Numbered from the stretch's first letter, positions 8,071 through 18,682 are shown. The stretch is 64,000 bases of DNA from Acidobacteriota bacterium (GCA_021813745.1 JAKAJO010000069.1:14361-78360); one strand, 5' to 3'. Numbers and translations: made by a program. The notes: generated by a model not told the origin, from the sequence alone.

Positions 8071-10209
8071 CTAGGGGCTGCTTGTGAGTGCAGAATCAAG
8101 AGTTTGCGCGGCGCGATTCAAAGCCTTGGCTAATTCCCCGAGTTGCTCCTGGGCGAGCTTCGGTTCGTGCGCATCGATGGCCTCATTGACCCCCGGAAGC
8201 ACCACAGGTGCGTACCCGGTGAAGATACCGGGCGCAAAAACGAGATGCCGGTACCATGGGCGTCCGGGCAAACCGGCCGGGGCGAGCAGATCTGATTCGA
8301 CGGCGCGCAGGATTGCATCGAGCTGAGCAGAGTTGGCTGGCGGAGCGAGCTGCAGCGCACGCACCCTGCTGGCTGCGGCGGCAAATCGGCTGTTAGCTGA
8401 GCGCGCCAGAGTGAAATCGAGCGAGCCAAAGCCGGCATCGCTCGCCTTGTTTTGTGCAGCATCCAGGTATGTGCCGATGGCTCGTGCATAGGCTTCGTAA
8501 TCGTAAGGCAGCACGTCGGCATCGGCCATCCGGACGGCCTCCAGACCGAGTACCCGAGCCATCTGCTGGAGGTAGAGAAAGTGCGGGTCGGCGTTCATGA
8601 CGAACCACTTGTAGTCGTCGAATGTGGAATGGTAAACGCCATACGCTCCAGTCGAAGCGACCTGGGTGGAGGGCACGCCCTCATGTTGCAGAAAAGGAGT
8701 GAAATCGGAGCCCGAGCCAAGGTCGCCTACGGGCGCCGCCTCGCGGGCATCTCGGGCGGTCTGCCGAAGGCCACGCTCGTCGTTTCCGGTCTCGCCGAAG
8801 CTCCACTGATCGTAAACGGTGCCCTGAAGGGCGCTGGGCACCGCTTGAGCGATCTCGCGGACAAAATTCTTTAGCGATGGGACTGCTGTCGCGGCGAAAT
8901 TTGGTCCGGAGACGCCCACGTCAGTATTGAAGTAGGCGACGACGCGGCTCATGTCAGTGTCATTTTGTTCCACCCACTCTGTTGAACCGATAAGACCCTC
9001 TTCTTCCCCGTCCCAACTGCAAAAGGTCAGGGTCCGCCGGGGCCGCCAGCCGTGGCGGAGCAGCACGCCGACTCCGCGGATGGCTTCCAGCATGGCGGCC
9101 GTGCCGCTTGCAGGATCTGCTGCGCCATAGACCCAGGCATCTCGATGGTTGCCTACGATGACCTGTTCTCCAGACAGTTCAGAACCCGGAATCGTCCCAA
9201 TCACGTCCCAGATGATCCTGCGCTTGTAGTTCTGCTCGGAAACGAGATGGACGCGAACGCCTCCCGGCCCCAAGTGATAGCGGAAAGGGAGAGCGCCCTG
9301 CCAATCTGTGGGCGCGCCTGGGCCACCGAGCGCTTGCAGAATCGGTGCGGCGTCATGATAGCTGAGAGGAATGGAAATGATGTGGGGCTGGTTGTCTTGA
9401 GGTGAGACGCGCATTGTGTCCGGCAGGTCTGGAGTGGAAGCGAAGCCGGGAGTTTCAGGGTCGCCGGGATACTGGAATAGGAATTGGACGGAGCCGCGCT
9501 GGACGCTGGTTGCCGGGCGCCACGGGCCATCCGGATAGACATCGCCTCTGGAGTAGCCGTCATCGTGCGGATCTGAGTACAACAGCACGCCGGCGGCGCC
9601 GTGCTGCTGTGCCAGATCGACCTTCACGCCCCGGAAGTTCGCGCCGTAGCGCATGATGACGACCTTTCCGTGAAGATCGATGTGCTGTGATGTAAGCTCG
9701 AGAAAATCTTCTGGCCGGCCGTAGTTGGCGTAGACGACGTCTCCGGTGAGATCTCCAGACGCGGATGACCCATTAAACGGCATCACCACTAATGGATTGT
9801 CCTGGTAAGGGTCCCCTTGCACGTGTTCGCGGGTGGGACCGCTCATGAGCAATTTGCCGGAGGCGTCAAAAGCCTCAACGTGTACGACCCTGGGCCAGTT
9901 CAAAAGGACGCGGTACGGCACAATTTCGGTATGCAGCCCCGCGGCGCGAAACCTCTCCGCAACGTACAGTGCAGTTTGGTAGTCCTCGGGGGTGGCTGCG
10001 AGATGAGGCTTGGAGGTCAGACGCTTGAGCTTCTGGCCCGCGAGCCTGGCGCTGGGTACAGCAAGGAATTGCTCTTCGACTGCTGCCTCGTGTTGAAAAT
10101 GCGCGAAGCCGAATGGAGCCTGGTGTTCAGTTTCCTGCGCTGTGCAGGTGCAATTGATGCAGGCAACCGGCAGCAAAACCAGAAGCCAAGGAACTATGCG
10201 AAGGCGCAT
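8071..10209 (-). CDS. Secreted M28-family metallopeptidase (glutamate carboxypeptidase II-like, with PA domain and transferrin-receptor-like dimerisation domain)
   Basis: Has a signal peptide. 'GNHRDAWVYGAADPASG' and 'CSWDGEEEGLIGSTEW' are Zn-ligand motifs. The C-terminus is helical. 712 aa. Confidence 0.85.
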   Translation of the reverse strand: MRLRIVPWLLVLLPVACINCTCTAQETEHQAPFGFAHFQHEAAVEEQFLAVPSARLAGQKLKRLTSKPHLAATPEDYQTALYVAERFRAAGLHTEIVPYRVLLNWPRVVHVEAFDASGKLLMSGPTREHVQGDPYQDNPLVVMPFNGSSASGDLTGDVVYANYGRPEDFLELTSQHIDLHGKVVIMRYGANFRGVKVDLAQQHGAAGVLLYSDPHDDGYSRGDVYPDGPWRPATSVQRGSVQFLFQYPGDPETPGFASTPDLPDTMRVSPQDNQPHIISIPLSYHDAAPILQALGGPGAPTDWQGALPFRYHLGPGGVRVHLVSEQNYKRRIIWDVIGTIPGSELSGEQVIVGNHRDAWVYGAADPASGTAAMLEAIRGVGVLLRHGWRPRRTLTFCSWDGEEEGLIGSTEWVEQNDTDMSRVVAYFNTDVGVSGPNFAATAVPSLKNFVREIAQAVPSALQGTVYDQWSFGETGNDERGLRQTARDAREAAPVGDLGSGSDFTPFLQHEGVPSTQVASTGAYGVYHSTFDDYKWFVMNADPHFLYLQQMARVLGLEAVRMADADVLPYDYEAYARAIGTYLDAAQNKASDAGFGSLDFTLARSANSRFAAAASRVRALQLAPPANSAQLDAILRAVESDLLAPAGLPGRPWYRHLVFAPGIFTGYAPVVLPGVNEAIDAHEPKLAQEQLGELAKALNRAAQTLDSALTSSP

Positions 10210-10425
10210 CCGACACTACTCCGAACGGCACGGCTCGTTGCCAGGCACAAAAACGAACTGGCCTCCGGGCCCGGTACAGATGAGCCTCAGATTACACCCC
10301 GGCCTGCCGATGGAACACGGTGAGATTTCCAACTTATACTGCGGCCGCCGTGCCCGGAAAATCGATCGAGCGCGGCGGCTGATGAGCAGCGAGTGATTTT
10401 GGCGCGGGAGACAGCGCCTGATCAC

Positions 10426-10830
10426 CTAAGCGACGGGCTGGGCGCAGTGTGCGCAACGCTTGGCCGCAATCGGGATGTCGCTCAGGCATTCTGGGCATGC
10501 CTTCGTTGCGGGAGGAGCGGCGGGAGCAGGTTTCTTTATGCGAGACATAACGGCATTCATGGGCAGAACGATGGCGAAGTAGACGACCGCGGCCACAATC
10601 AGGAAGGAGACCACCGCATTGAAGAAGTTGCCGACCTTGATGGCGCCGCCGCCGATGTGCAGAATAACGCCGCTGAAGTCTGGCTTGCCGATGGTGGCGG
10701 CGATGAGCGGGTTCAGAACGTCACTGACCAGGGAGCCGACAATTGCATTGAATGCTGCACCAAGAATGACGGCAACAGCCAGGTCCACCACGTTGCCGCG
10801 CAGGATGAAATCACGAAAGCCCTTGAGCAT
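10426..10830 (-). CDS. mscL: Large-conductance mechanosensitive channel MscL with a Cys-rich C-terminal tail
   Basis: ATG 10830 is preceded by GGAGGA. 'MLKGFRDFILRGNVVDLAVAVILGAAF' is the canonical MscL N-terminus and TM1. The tail reads 'CPECLSDIPIAAKRCAHC'. Confidence 0.9.
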   Translation of the reverse strand: MLKGFRDFILRGNVVDLAVAVILGAAFNAIVGSLVSDVLNPLIAATIGKPDFSGVILHIGGGAIKVGNFFNAVVSFLIVAAVVYFAIVLPMNAVMSRIKKPAPAAPPATKACPECLSDIPIAAKRCAHCAQPVA

Positions 10831-11081
10831 GCTTTCCTCCATGGATCGTGCAAGGTTGAAAAGCGATTCGCATCGTCTTTGGAAGGCTTCAGATTCCTTC
10901 CCGATTAAGCGGTCGCTCTGGTCCGTGCAGGACATCGTACATGAGAGAGAGTCAGTTTGTATTCAACAATCTATGAAGCAATCAAGGTGGGTGCACAGGA
11001 CGCAATCGAACGGTTGCTCTTCCGGAATGACAGACAGTTGAAAATGGACCGGGCGAGGACAATCTGGCGTGGATCCGGGGT

Positions 11082-11384
11082 TCAGGAGTAGACGACCAGA
11101 AAGAGAATCATGGCAAGAATCATGAGATTGGCATATAGGAGCAGGAGGATTCCGGCGTGATAGAGACTCCAGCGGCGTTCCAGGCAACGCGCGGTCTCTG
11201 CCATCCCCCAGAGGCCGATCAAGAGGGGCAGGAATTGCCAGGAAGAGCCGTGGAGGTTCTCAATGTGCGGAAAGCCAGCGAGCCTCAAACTGAGAGCAAA
11301 GGCTCCCAGAGAGAGGATCAGGGCGCGCACAAGAGACTTGCGGCGCGGAAGAAACAATAAGGGGCGGGGAAGCTCCACTTCCAT
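11082..11384 (-). CDS. Hypothetical small membrane protein
   Basis: 100-aa ORF with about three hydrophobic helices. No family recognised. Confidence 0.4.
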   Translation of the reverse strand: MEVELPRPLLFLPRRKSLVRALILSLGAFALSLRLAGFPHIENLHGSSWQFLPLLIGLWGMAETARCLERRWSLYHAGILLLLYANLMILAMILFLVVYS

Positions 11385-11503
11385 ACTTTAGTGCAAAACA
11401 GGAACTACAGTTTTGAGTTTGTCCTCATCGAAGGCTGAAATGGGCTTTTGACGCTGGCGCTCCGTCTGACGGATGCGGGAATCACGAACTCCTGCTCAGG
11501 GGG

Positions 11504-12559
11504 TCAAGCCGTTTGCACACTGGATTCCATTTTCTTCAAGGACTCCGCGAAGGGAGCTTGAAGGACGCCGCGTTCGGTGATGATGGCTGTAACGTAACGG
11601 GCGGGCGTCACGTCGAAAGCTGGATTGCAGATACCTACGCCGTGAGGTGTGAGTTGCTTGCCTCCGTGATGGGTGACCTCGATTGGATTCCGCTCTTCGA
11701 TGGGAATTGCATCTCCATTTGGCGTCGCCATATCGATAGTGGACCACGGTGCCGCAACGTAAAACGGAATACCGTGCTCCTTGGCGAGGATCGCCACGTT
11801 ATAGGTGCCGATCTTGTTGGCGAAATCGCCATTGGCAGCGATGCGATCTGCGCCGACCACGACAGCCTGGATACGGCCTGCGCGCATGAGGCTGGCCGCC
11901 ATGTTGTCGCAGATGACGGTGGTGTCGATTCCGTCCTCCATGAGCTCCCAGGCCGTCAAGCGAGCGCCCTGCAGGAATGGACGGGTTTCATCGGCAAAGA
12001 CGCGGATCTTCTTGCCTTGCTCGACCGCAGATCGGATGACGCCGAGGGCCGTCCCATAACCACAAGTGGCCAGGGCGCCGGCATTGCAATGCGTGAGCAC
12101 GCCACCTTCGCTGGGGAGGAGCGCACCGCCAAACGCTCCCATCGTTTTGCATGCCGTGATGTCTTCTTCGTACATGCGATGCGCTTCGGCGAGAAACTTC
12201 TCCTGCACCATCGCGATGGAAGCGTCGTCAGCAAGGAGGCTTGCGAAGCGATGCTTCATACGATCGATTGCCCAGAAGAGGTTGACGGCGGTGGGCCGTG
12301 TGCCGGCCAGGCGCGTGCAGATTGTTTCAAACTCCGGCGCAAATTCTCTGGCTGTGGCGGCTTTGGTGCGCAGCGCGCCAAGGGCCACACCATAGGCTGC
12401 CGAGACGCCGATGGCGGGTGCTCCGCGAACGACCATGGTCACGATGACGTGAGCGACGTCTTCGTAGGTGGTGGCGAGTACATAGCTTTCTTCGAGCGGA
12501 AGCTTGGTCTGATCGATGAAGCGGACGCCGTCCGGGGTCCAGGCTAGGGTGGGAATCAT
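11504..12559 (-). CDS. mtnA: S-methyl-5-thioribose-1-phosphate isomerase
   Basis: '[15 protein letters not shown]' and 'FANKIGTYN'. eIF-2B alpha/beta/delta-like protein of 351 aa. Confidence 0.9.
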   Translation of the reverse strand: MIPTLAWTPDGVRFIDQTKLPLEESYVLATTYEDVAHVIVTMVVRGAPAIGVSAAYGVALGALRTKAATAREFAPEFETICTRLAGTRPTAVNLFWAIDRMKHRFASLLADDASIAMVQEKFLAEAHRMYEEDITACKTMGAFGGALLPSEGGVLTHCNAGALATCGYGTALGVIRSAVEQGKKIRVFADETRPFLQGARLTAWELMEDGIDTTVICDNMAASLMRAGRIQAVVVGADRIAANGDFANKIGTYNVAILAKEHGIPFYVAAPWSTIDMATPNGDAIPIEERNPIEVTHHGGKQLTPHGVGICNPAFDVTPARYVTAIITERGVLQAPFAESLKKMESSVQTA

Positions 12560-12794
12560 GCCTTTTCATTTTAAACTGCGACAGGAGAGAGTTCAGTGAG
12601 GGATGAAAACATTTTCAATTTCCGCTGGACTCTCCGGGTGCCAATGCGTAGAGTTATTTCGATATTCACTGGGAGTTGTGCGTTCTGAGTGCCCTGGCCT
12701 GTGACGCCCAATGAAAGGGCGGGGCCGGGTTTGCAGTCCCGGCAGACAGCATGGCACAGACGCCCCTCCTGAGAAGAAATGGGGAAAGCATCTG

Positions 12795-14036
12795 ATGGCC
12801 AATCGATCCACACCTCCGGCGCGGGCAGGCGAGCCCTCGTATCTCGTGCCATTCATCACGGTCACGATTCTGTTTGGGATTTTCGGGTTCTTGACCAACC
12901 TGAACAGCAACCTCATGCCCCATTTGAAGTCGATCTTCAATCTCTCCTACGGGCCGGCCATGATGGCGGCGGTTGCGTGGTTTTTCGCCTATCTCGTGTT
13001 TTCGGTTCCCAGCGCAAAGCTCATTGAAGCTGTGGGCTACAAGTACACGATGGTGATTTCGCTCTTCATCATGGTGGTGGGCGCACTGCTGTTTGTTCCG
13101 GCGGCAAAGGACGTCAGTTTCCCTCTCTTCATGGCCGCGATTTTTGTTCTTGCCACAGGCGTGACGGCGCTCCAGACTTCTGCCAATCCATATGTTTCGA
13201 TCCTGGGACCGGAGCACAGCGCACCGGCGCGATTGACGCTTTCGCAAGCATTCAACTCTCTTGGCGCGGCGGCAGCTCCTTTGGTCGTGGGTCGCTTTAT
13301 CCTCACCGATCCAAGCAAAGTCGCCAGCAAGGCCAGCATCGCACATACGGTGCAAGGACCGTATCTTGCGATCGCCGCCAGTCTGTTCGTGCTGGGCTTC
13401 GCGATCATGTTTATGCATTTGCCAGCGATTACGGCAACGCGTGATTTCCGTCCCGCCTCAGAGGGCAGTCCAATGATGGGCCGCAGTATCTGGAGCTACA
13501 GGCATACGGTCCTGGGGATGGTGGGAATTTTCTTCTACGTGGGTGTCGAGATTGCTCTGGCGGCGATCGCCATCAGTTATTTCAGGACGCAGGGGCTGAG
13601 CAGCATTGAGACTGCCTCGCTTCTCGCCTCGTTTTACTACCTCTTCATCATGATTGGCCGCTTTGTGGGTAGCGCGGCAATGAAGTGGATTGGGGCAGAC
13701 AAGCTGCTTGCCGGGCTCGGCGTGCTTGGGGTGGGACTTCTCTTGGTTTCCATGTCCACGCATGGCCTTGTGGCAATCTGGACCCTTGTACTTTGTGGCC
13801 TGGCCAATTCGATCATGTATCCGACGATCTTTGCGCTGGGAATCGCTGAACTGGGGCCGATGACCAGTGAGGGGTCCGGCATCATCACGATGGGCAACGT
13901 TGGCGGAGCCGTGGTTCCTTATTTATTTGGAGCGATGGCGGACAAGATCGGCATTCAATACGCCTTCATCGTGCCTATCGTCTGCTACCTCTACATCGCC
14001 TACTATGGACTTTGGGGTCACAAGCCCACTCGGTAA
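12795..14036 (+). CDS. MFS sugar transporter (glucose/galactose-fucose permease type)
   Basis: Start ATG 12795. About 12 TM helices. 'FITVTILFGIFGFLTNLNSNLMPHLKSIF' is typical of FucP/GluP-type symporters. Confidence 0.8.
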   Translation: MANRSTPPARAGEPSYLVPFITVTILFGIFGFLTNLNSNLMPHLKSIFNLSYGPAMMAAVAWFFAYLVFSVPSAKLIEAVGYKYTMVISLFIMVVGALLFVPAAKDVSFPLFMAAIFVLATGVTALQTSANPYVSILGPEHSAPARLTLSQAFNSLGAAAAPLVVGRFILTDPSKVASKASIAHTVQGPYLAIAASLFVLGFAIMFMHLPAITATRDFRPASEGSPMMGRSIWSYRHTVLGMVGIFFYVGVEIALAAIAISYFRTQGLSSIETASLLASFYYLFIMIGRFVGSAAMKWIGADKLLAGLGVLGVGLLLVSMSTHGLVAIWTLVLCGLANSIMYPTIFALGIAELGPMTSEGSGIITMGNVGGAVVPYLFGAMADKIGIQYAFIVPIVCYLYIAYYGLWGHKPTR

Positions 14037-14076
14037 GCTGCGCCCCAAGCAGGATTCGTTGTTTGGACAGATCGCG

Positions 14077-14102
14077 GGCCATCCGGTGGATGCCGGATGG
14101 CC
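14077..14102 (+). terminator. Stem-loop downstream of the MFS gene (GGCCATCCGG-tggatg-CCGGATGGCC)
   Basis: Perfect 10-bp GC-rich stem 40 nt after the stop. The trailing T-tract is weak (agttgctttcgg). Confidence 0.5.
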
Positions 14103-14176
14103 AGTTGCTTTCGGTGCGCTTCACGTTTGAATCTTGCGGAACGTAGCGCAGGCCAGAGGAGGCAATTAAGCCGCCA

Positions 14177-16036
14177 GTGAGCGGCTTCAATGAAGACCAT
14201 GATGGGAGTTTTGAGTTGAATCTGACCGTCGGAAGTTCGTTCATGCTCCTGCTCTATTTCGTCTTGCTGGTTGCCATTGGTTTTGCCTTCAAGACGCGCA
14301 TGAAGACGGGCAGAAACTTTCTTCAGGCCGGGCGTGCATTGTCCATTGGCGTTGGCAGCATGGCTTTTCTCGGCGCGAGCCTTGGCATTCCTGAAGTGAT
14401 CGCGATGGGCGCGATGGGCGCCCGATATGGAAGATCGGCGCTTCTTTTCTTTGGAATTGGCGCCATTCCGGCATTGCTCTTTGCAGCCGTATTCATGATG
14501 CCTTTGTATTACGGATCGAAGGCGCGGTCAGTGCCGGAGTATCTTGGGCTGCGCTTTGACGAAAAGTCGCGGGCACTGCAAGCATGCCTTTTTTCTTTGA
14601 TGGTCATTTTCAGTTCGGCCATTTCAATTCATGTCATCGCACGACTCATCCAAGCTCTGCATCTTTTCGATGCGCTTTTTCCCTTCGCCGGCTCCGCGCC
14701 AGCATGGACTTCAACGGCCGTCGTCTTTTTATCTGTCGCGGTTGTCATGGCCTATGTGCTGCTGGGCGGGCTCTCGAGTGCTGCGCACAATCAAGCCTGG
14801 CAGTTCATCCTCTTGATTGCTGTACTGTTGCCCGCGGTTGTGGCCGGTTTGCACTCCGCAGGTGGATGGAGCGCCGTCATGGCATCCGCCCCGATGCGTT
14901 CTCTTGATGGGGCGAGCAGTGCGCTGCGGATCGGGCATACTTCGTTGAGCATACGAGCGATCTCGATCGCAATGGCAATGGGCTTCGTGCTGGGAACGGG
15001 GTACTGGTGTTGCGACTTTCGAGAGATTCAAATTCCGATGGCGGCAAAGGATTCCGGTTCAGCGCGTCGCATCCCGCTGCTTGGCGCGACGCTGAAACTC
15101 TTTCTCCCGCTCGTGTTGGTTTTGCCGGGCATTGTTGCCGTCGGGTTACCGACGCCGCACACGACTTCGATCGTCCGTGAAGAAGGCGGCGTAATCTATC
15201 ACACCGTCACCATCATTCCCGGCAATGTGTCGGCAGGGCAGGGGCTGGTTCCTGCGAAGACCGATCCGGGGAATGGCTCAGTGATTCTCAGCCCGAGCGG
15301 CCGGCCCGAGCTGGATTATGAGATGGCGACGCCGAATCTGCTGCTCCACTTTATTCCGGCGAACCTGTTGGGACTGGCGCTGAGCGCGATTCTTGCGAGC
15401 TTTATGAGCGGCCTTGCTGCCAATGTGACGGCTCTGAACACTGTTTTCACCTTGGATCTTTATCGGGGTTCTATTCGCAGAGGAGCCAGCGAGCAGCATG
15501 ATCTACAGGTCGGTCGATGGGTTACGGTGGGTGGAATTCTTATATCGACCGTCGTCGCTCTTGCCGCTCCGGATTTGAACCATCTGATGGATCTTCTCGG
15601 ACTGCTCTTCTCGGTTCTCAATGTGCCCTTACTCGCGACGCTGCTGTTGGGAATGTTCTGGAAGCGGGCCACTGGCCATGGTGCTTTTGCAGGGTTAGCC
15701 TCAGGGGTCGTGGCGGCCATGCTGCATTACGGGCTAACACTGCCGATGGACGCTGAGCGGGGTGTCCATGGCGGCTGGATTGCTCTGGTACGTCAATATC
15801 CAAACGGGTTAGTGCAAGATTTTTGCGGAGCTATCCTTGCTTTTTCAGTCAGCCTTATTGGGACCGTGCTCGTGAGTCTGGGAACGAAGCCGCGCCCAGA
15901 GTCTCAGCTCACGGGCCTTGTGTACTCGCTCACACGCAGGCAACCCATTGCGTCTCTTACGCCGTGGAAGAAGCCTGAGACTCTCGCCCTGGCTATCCTT
16001 TTGCTGTCACTTGTCTTCGGTTTTGTGTATGGCTGA
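14177..16036 (+). CDS. Sodium:solute symporter (SSS) family transporter
   Basis: Start GTG 14177 (ATG 14243 is an alternative). About 13-14 TM helices. The N-terminus 'GRNFLQAGRALSIGVGSMAFLGASLG' is SSS-like. Confidence 0.75.
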   Translation: MSGFNEDHDGSFELNLTVGSSFMLLLYFVLLVAIGFAFKTRMKTGRNFLQAGRALSIGVGSMAFLGASLGIPEVIAMGAMGARYGRSALLFFGIGAIPALLFAAVFMMPLYYGSKARSVPEYLGLRFDEKSRALQACLFSLMVIFSSAISIHVIARLIQALHLFDALFPFAGSAPAWTSTAVVFLSVAVVMAYVLLGGLSSAAHNQAWQFILLIAVLLPAVVAGLHSAGGWSAVMASAPMRSLDGASSALRIGHTSLSIRAISIAMAMGFVLGTGYWCCDFREIQIPMAAKDSGSARRIPLLGATLKLFLPLVLVLPGIVAVGLPTPHTTSIVREEGGVIYHTVTIIPGNVSAGQGLVPAKTDPGNGSVILSPSGRPELDYEMATPNLLLHFIPANLLGLALSAILASFMSGLAANVTALNTVFTLDLYRGSIRRGASEQHDLQVGRWVTVGGILISTVVALAAPDLNHLMDLLGLLFSVLNVPLLATLLLGMFWKRATGHGAFAGLASGVVAAMLHYGLTLPMDAERGVHGGWIALVRQYPNGLVQDFCGAILAFSVSLIGTVLVSLGTKPRPESQLTGLVYSLTRRQPIASLTPWKKPETLALAILLLSLVFGFVYG

Positions 16037-16174
16037 GTGAAGCAGTCACCTACATGAGAGGATCAAAGACTCACTTGTCTCTCATATCGCGGAAGCGCTC
16101 AAGTGGAGCCATTTGACTGAAGGCCGGAAATTGATACGGTTCTCATCTGCTCCTCGCTACACTAGGCAGGAGTG

Positions 16175-18643
16175 ATGAAGCGAAGATCAATCGAGCAATA
16201 CGAGATTCAGCGCAAGCTGGGCGCCGGTGGAAGCGGTGTCGTTTATCTTGCGAACGACACCCTGCTGCAGAGGCCGGTGGTCCTAAAGATCCTGCGGTCC
16301 GGTCTGCTTTCAGCCGAACAAATGCGAACAACCATTCTGCGCGAGGCACGGATGGCTTCGGCGATCGAGCATCCCAATGTATGCGGAATTTACGAAGTGG
16401 GTGAGACTGGCGATGAAGGCTTTATCGTCATGCAGTATGTTCCTGGTCAATCACTGGACAAGTTGATTGAGCACGGCCCGGCGACGCCCCAGCTCATCCT
16501 CTCCGTCGGCATTCAAATTGCCGATGGTTTACAGGCCGCACATGCTCTCGGCATATTTCATCGTGACTTGAAGCCGCAGAATGTGATGCTCACAGATGGC
16601 GGTCTGGTAAAGATTCTGGACTTCGGTCTTGCGCGGCGACTGCGTCCTGAAGACGCGAACTTCGACCCATCGAGAGCGGGCCTGGCGAAGGATGCTTCAG
16701 TTGCCGCAACATATACAGCGCGCGGCGGCACGATTCGATACATGGCCCCCGAGCAGTTTGTGACTGGACAGTCCAGCGTACAGTCAGACGTGTGGGCACT
16801 CGGAGTCATCCTTTTCGAACTGGCAGCCGGACGGCATCCCTTTGCTCGTCCGGATGCAGAGGACTTTCAGGCAATCCGCGCGATTCAGTTTTCCGATCCT
16901 CCGAATCTTGGTGACATCGTTCCGGGCATACCGGTTGAGTTGAAGAGTGTGATTGCGACCTGCCTTGAGAAGAATCCTGCCGCTCGATATGCGTCTGCAG
17001 CGGAGGTGCGCGAGGCGCTCAAGACAATCATGAAGGCCAAGCAACTGGAGACGGGGGTTATTCCCGGCGATGCTGCTGCGAACTTGCCGATGAGCGATGC
17101 CGAAGCCGAGAAGCGCGCGACGGGCCTTCTCTCCATGTTGGCAGAACGTTTTCGCGAATCGGCTGCCGACAGACCCCAGCAGAACTCGCTTGTCGTGCTG
17201 CCATTTGCAAATCTTGGTGCAACTGAGGCGGCCCCACTCTATGGCTATGCGCTTGCCGATGCGCTTGCAGCACGCCTGGCTCGCATCCAGGGATTGGTGG
17301 TGCGGCCGTCAAGCACGCTCATGTCGCTGCCAATCTCCCAAATGGATCCACTTACCGTTGGGCGGAAGCTGCTGGTTTCTTATGTGCTTGCCGGCAGCTT
17401 TGTTCGATCTGAGACGGGGTTTGATCTGAACTGGCAGTTGCTAGACGTGAGTTCGCAGAGTGTGCGGTCAGGAGGCGTGATGCAAATTGCATCTCTGGAC
17501 CTGATTGCGGTTCAGACTGAGATTTCGAATGAGGTTTTCGCTGCGCTGCACGGTCTTGGGCCGGGTGGCGGAATGGAGGTGGCACCATCGGATGCGCCGC
17601 GCGCTGCGTCACTTCCCGGACAGGTGAGTGAAGAGTACCTGCAGGCACGTGCGTTGCTCAGCTCGTTCATGGTCCGTACCGGAGCACGCGCCGATTTGGA
17701 TCGAGCGCATGCGTTTTTCAGCAGCGTGACGCAGAAGGTTCCACGATTCGCCGCGGGATGGAGTGGGTTCGGCATTGCGGAGCTGCAATATGTGCGGCAT
17801 GGATTTGGCGGGCAGATTCATGTCATGCACGCGCGCCGTGCCTTCGACGAGGCGCTTAAACTCGATCCAGGGTCGGCCGAGGCCAATCTCTATCGTATCT
17901 ATATGCTTCTTTCTCGCGGAGAAAAGGAGTCGGCTCGGCACGGCATCTCAAATCTTCTGATGGCGGCGGCCAACGACTGGAATGTTCATATGGTTGCCGG
18001 GCTTGCGCTGCGCGGCGATGGCATGTACGAGGAAGCGCTTAGAGAGTTCAGCTCCGCGCTCAAGCTGAATCCGGCGAATGCCGCAATTCTCTATAACCAT
18101 CGCGCTCGCGTTTACCACTATCAAAATCAGATCGAACTGGCGGGCGATGAACTCGCCAAAGGTCTTGTGCTCGAGCCACGTCATCCGCTTCTGCGCACAT
18201 CTTTTGGATATCAACAGATGAGGACGGGGCAACTGCGCGCAGCAATCGAGACGCTGGAAAGCGTGATTGAGGATGACGCTTCCATGCGCATCGCCGTGCC
18301 GACGCTAGCGATGTGTTATGTGCAGGTGGGTGAGCGCGAACGAGCCGCCGGCTTGCTCAAAGATGAAACTCTGGCCGCAGCCGAAGCGGACAACGAGATG
18401 GCCTATCGGCTGGCTACCTACTTTGCTGCGGAAGGTGACTCGAGCGAGGCGCTACATTGGCTCCGCCGCGCCATTTATCTGGGGAACGAAAACTACCCGT
18501 GGTTTCAGAAGAATCCCGCATGGAATAACCTGCGCACAAACGCAGATTTCGAGCGGATTCTGGAAGATCTGAAGAAGAGCTTCCGGCGCAACCAGAAAAC
18601 GTGGAAGCGACTTCTGGAGCAGGTTCCTCAGGGTAGCGACTAA
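16175..18643 (+). CDS. Ser/Thr protein kinase with a TolB-N-like module and C-terminal TPR repeats
   Basis: Start ATG 16175. Kinase motifs 'KLGAGGSGVVYLA', 'HRDLKPQNVML', 'DFGLAR' and 'MAPE'. These are followed by the 'LVVLPFANLGATEAAPLYGYALADAL' module and TPR-like repeats running to the end. Confidence 0.85.
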   Translation: MKRRSIEQYEIQRKLGAGGSGVVYLANDTLLQRPVVLKILRSGLLSAEQMRTTILREARMASAIEHPNVCGIYEVGETGDEGFIVMQYVPGQSLDKLIEHGPATPQLILSVGIQIADGLQAAHALGIFHRDLKPQNVMLTDGGLVKILDFGLARRLRPEDANFDPSRAGLAKDASVAATYTARGGTIRYMAPEQFVTGQSSVQSDVWALGVILFELAAGRHPFARPDAEDFQAIRAIQFSDPPNLGDIVPGIPVELKSVIATCLEKNPAARYASAAEVREALKTIMKAKQLETGVIPGDAAANLPMSDAEAEKRATGLLSMLAERFRESAADRPQQNSLVVLPFANLGATEAAPLYGYALADALAARLARIQGLVVRPSSTLMSLPISQMDPLTVGRKLLVSYVLAGSFVRSETGFDLNWQLLDVSSQSVRSGGVMQIASLDLIAVQTEISNEVFAALHGLGPGGGMEVAPSDAPRAASLPGQVSEEYLQARALLSSFMVRTGARADLDRAHAFFSSVTQKVPRFAAGWSGFGIAELQYVRHGFGGQIHVMHARRAFDEALKLDPGSAEANLYRIYMLLSRGEKESARHGISNLLMAAANDWNVHMVAGLALRGDGMYEEALREFSSALKLNPANAAILYNHRARVYHYQNQIELAGDELAKGLVLEPRHPLLRTSFGYQQMRTGQLRAAIETLESVIEDDASMRIAVPTLAMCYVQVGERERAAGLLKDETLAAAEADNEMAYRLATYFAAEGDSSEALHWLRRAIYLGNENYPWFQKNPAWNNLRTNADFERILEDLKKSFRRNQKTWKRLLEQVPQGSD

Positions 18644-18682
18644 CGCAGCTCCAGCAGCCGCCGCAATCCAACGTTGCGATGA

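Noticed and set aside
11513-12547. A 344-aa plus-strand ORF almost exactly coextensive with mtnA on the opposite strand.
   Set aside because: mtnA is unambiguous from its motifs. The antisense translation is R/G/A/D-rich with no recognisable motif. Long open antisense frames are expected in high-GC genes.
12560-12794. The divergent region upstream of mtnA and the MFS gene, examined for a SAM or other riboswitch.
   Set aside because: No SAM-I, SAM-II or other recognisable conserved core was found. An Rfam scan is needed to be certain.
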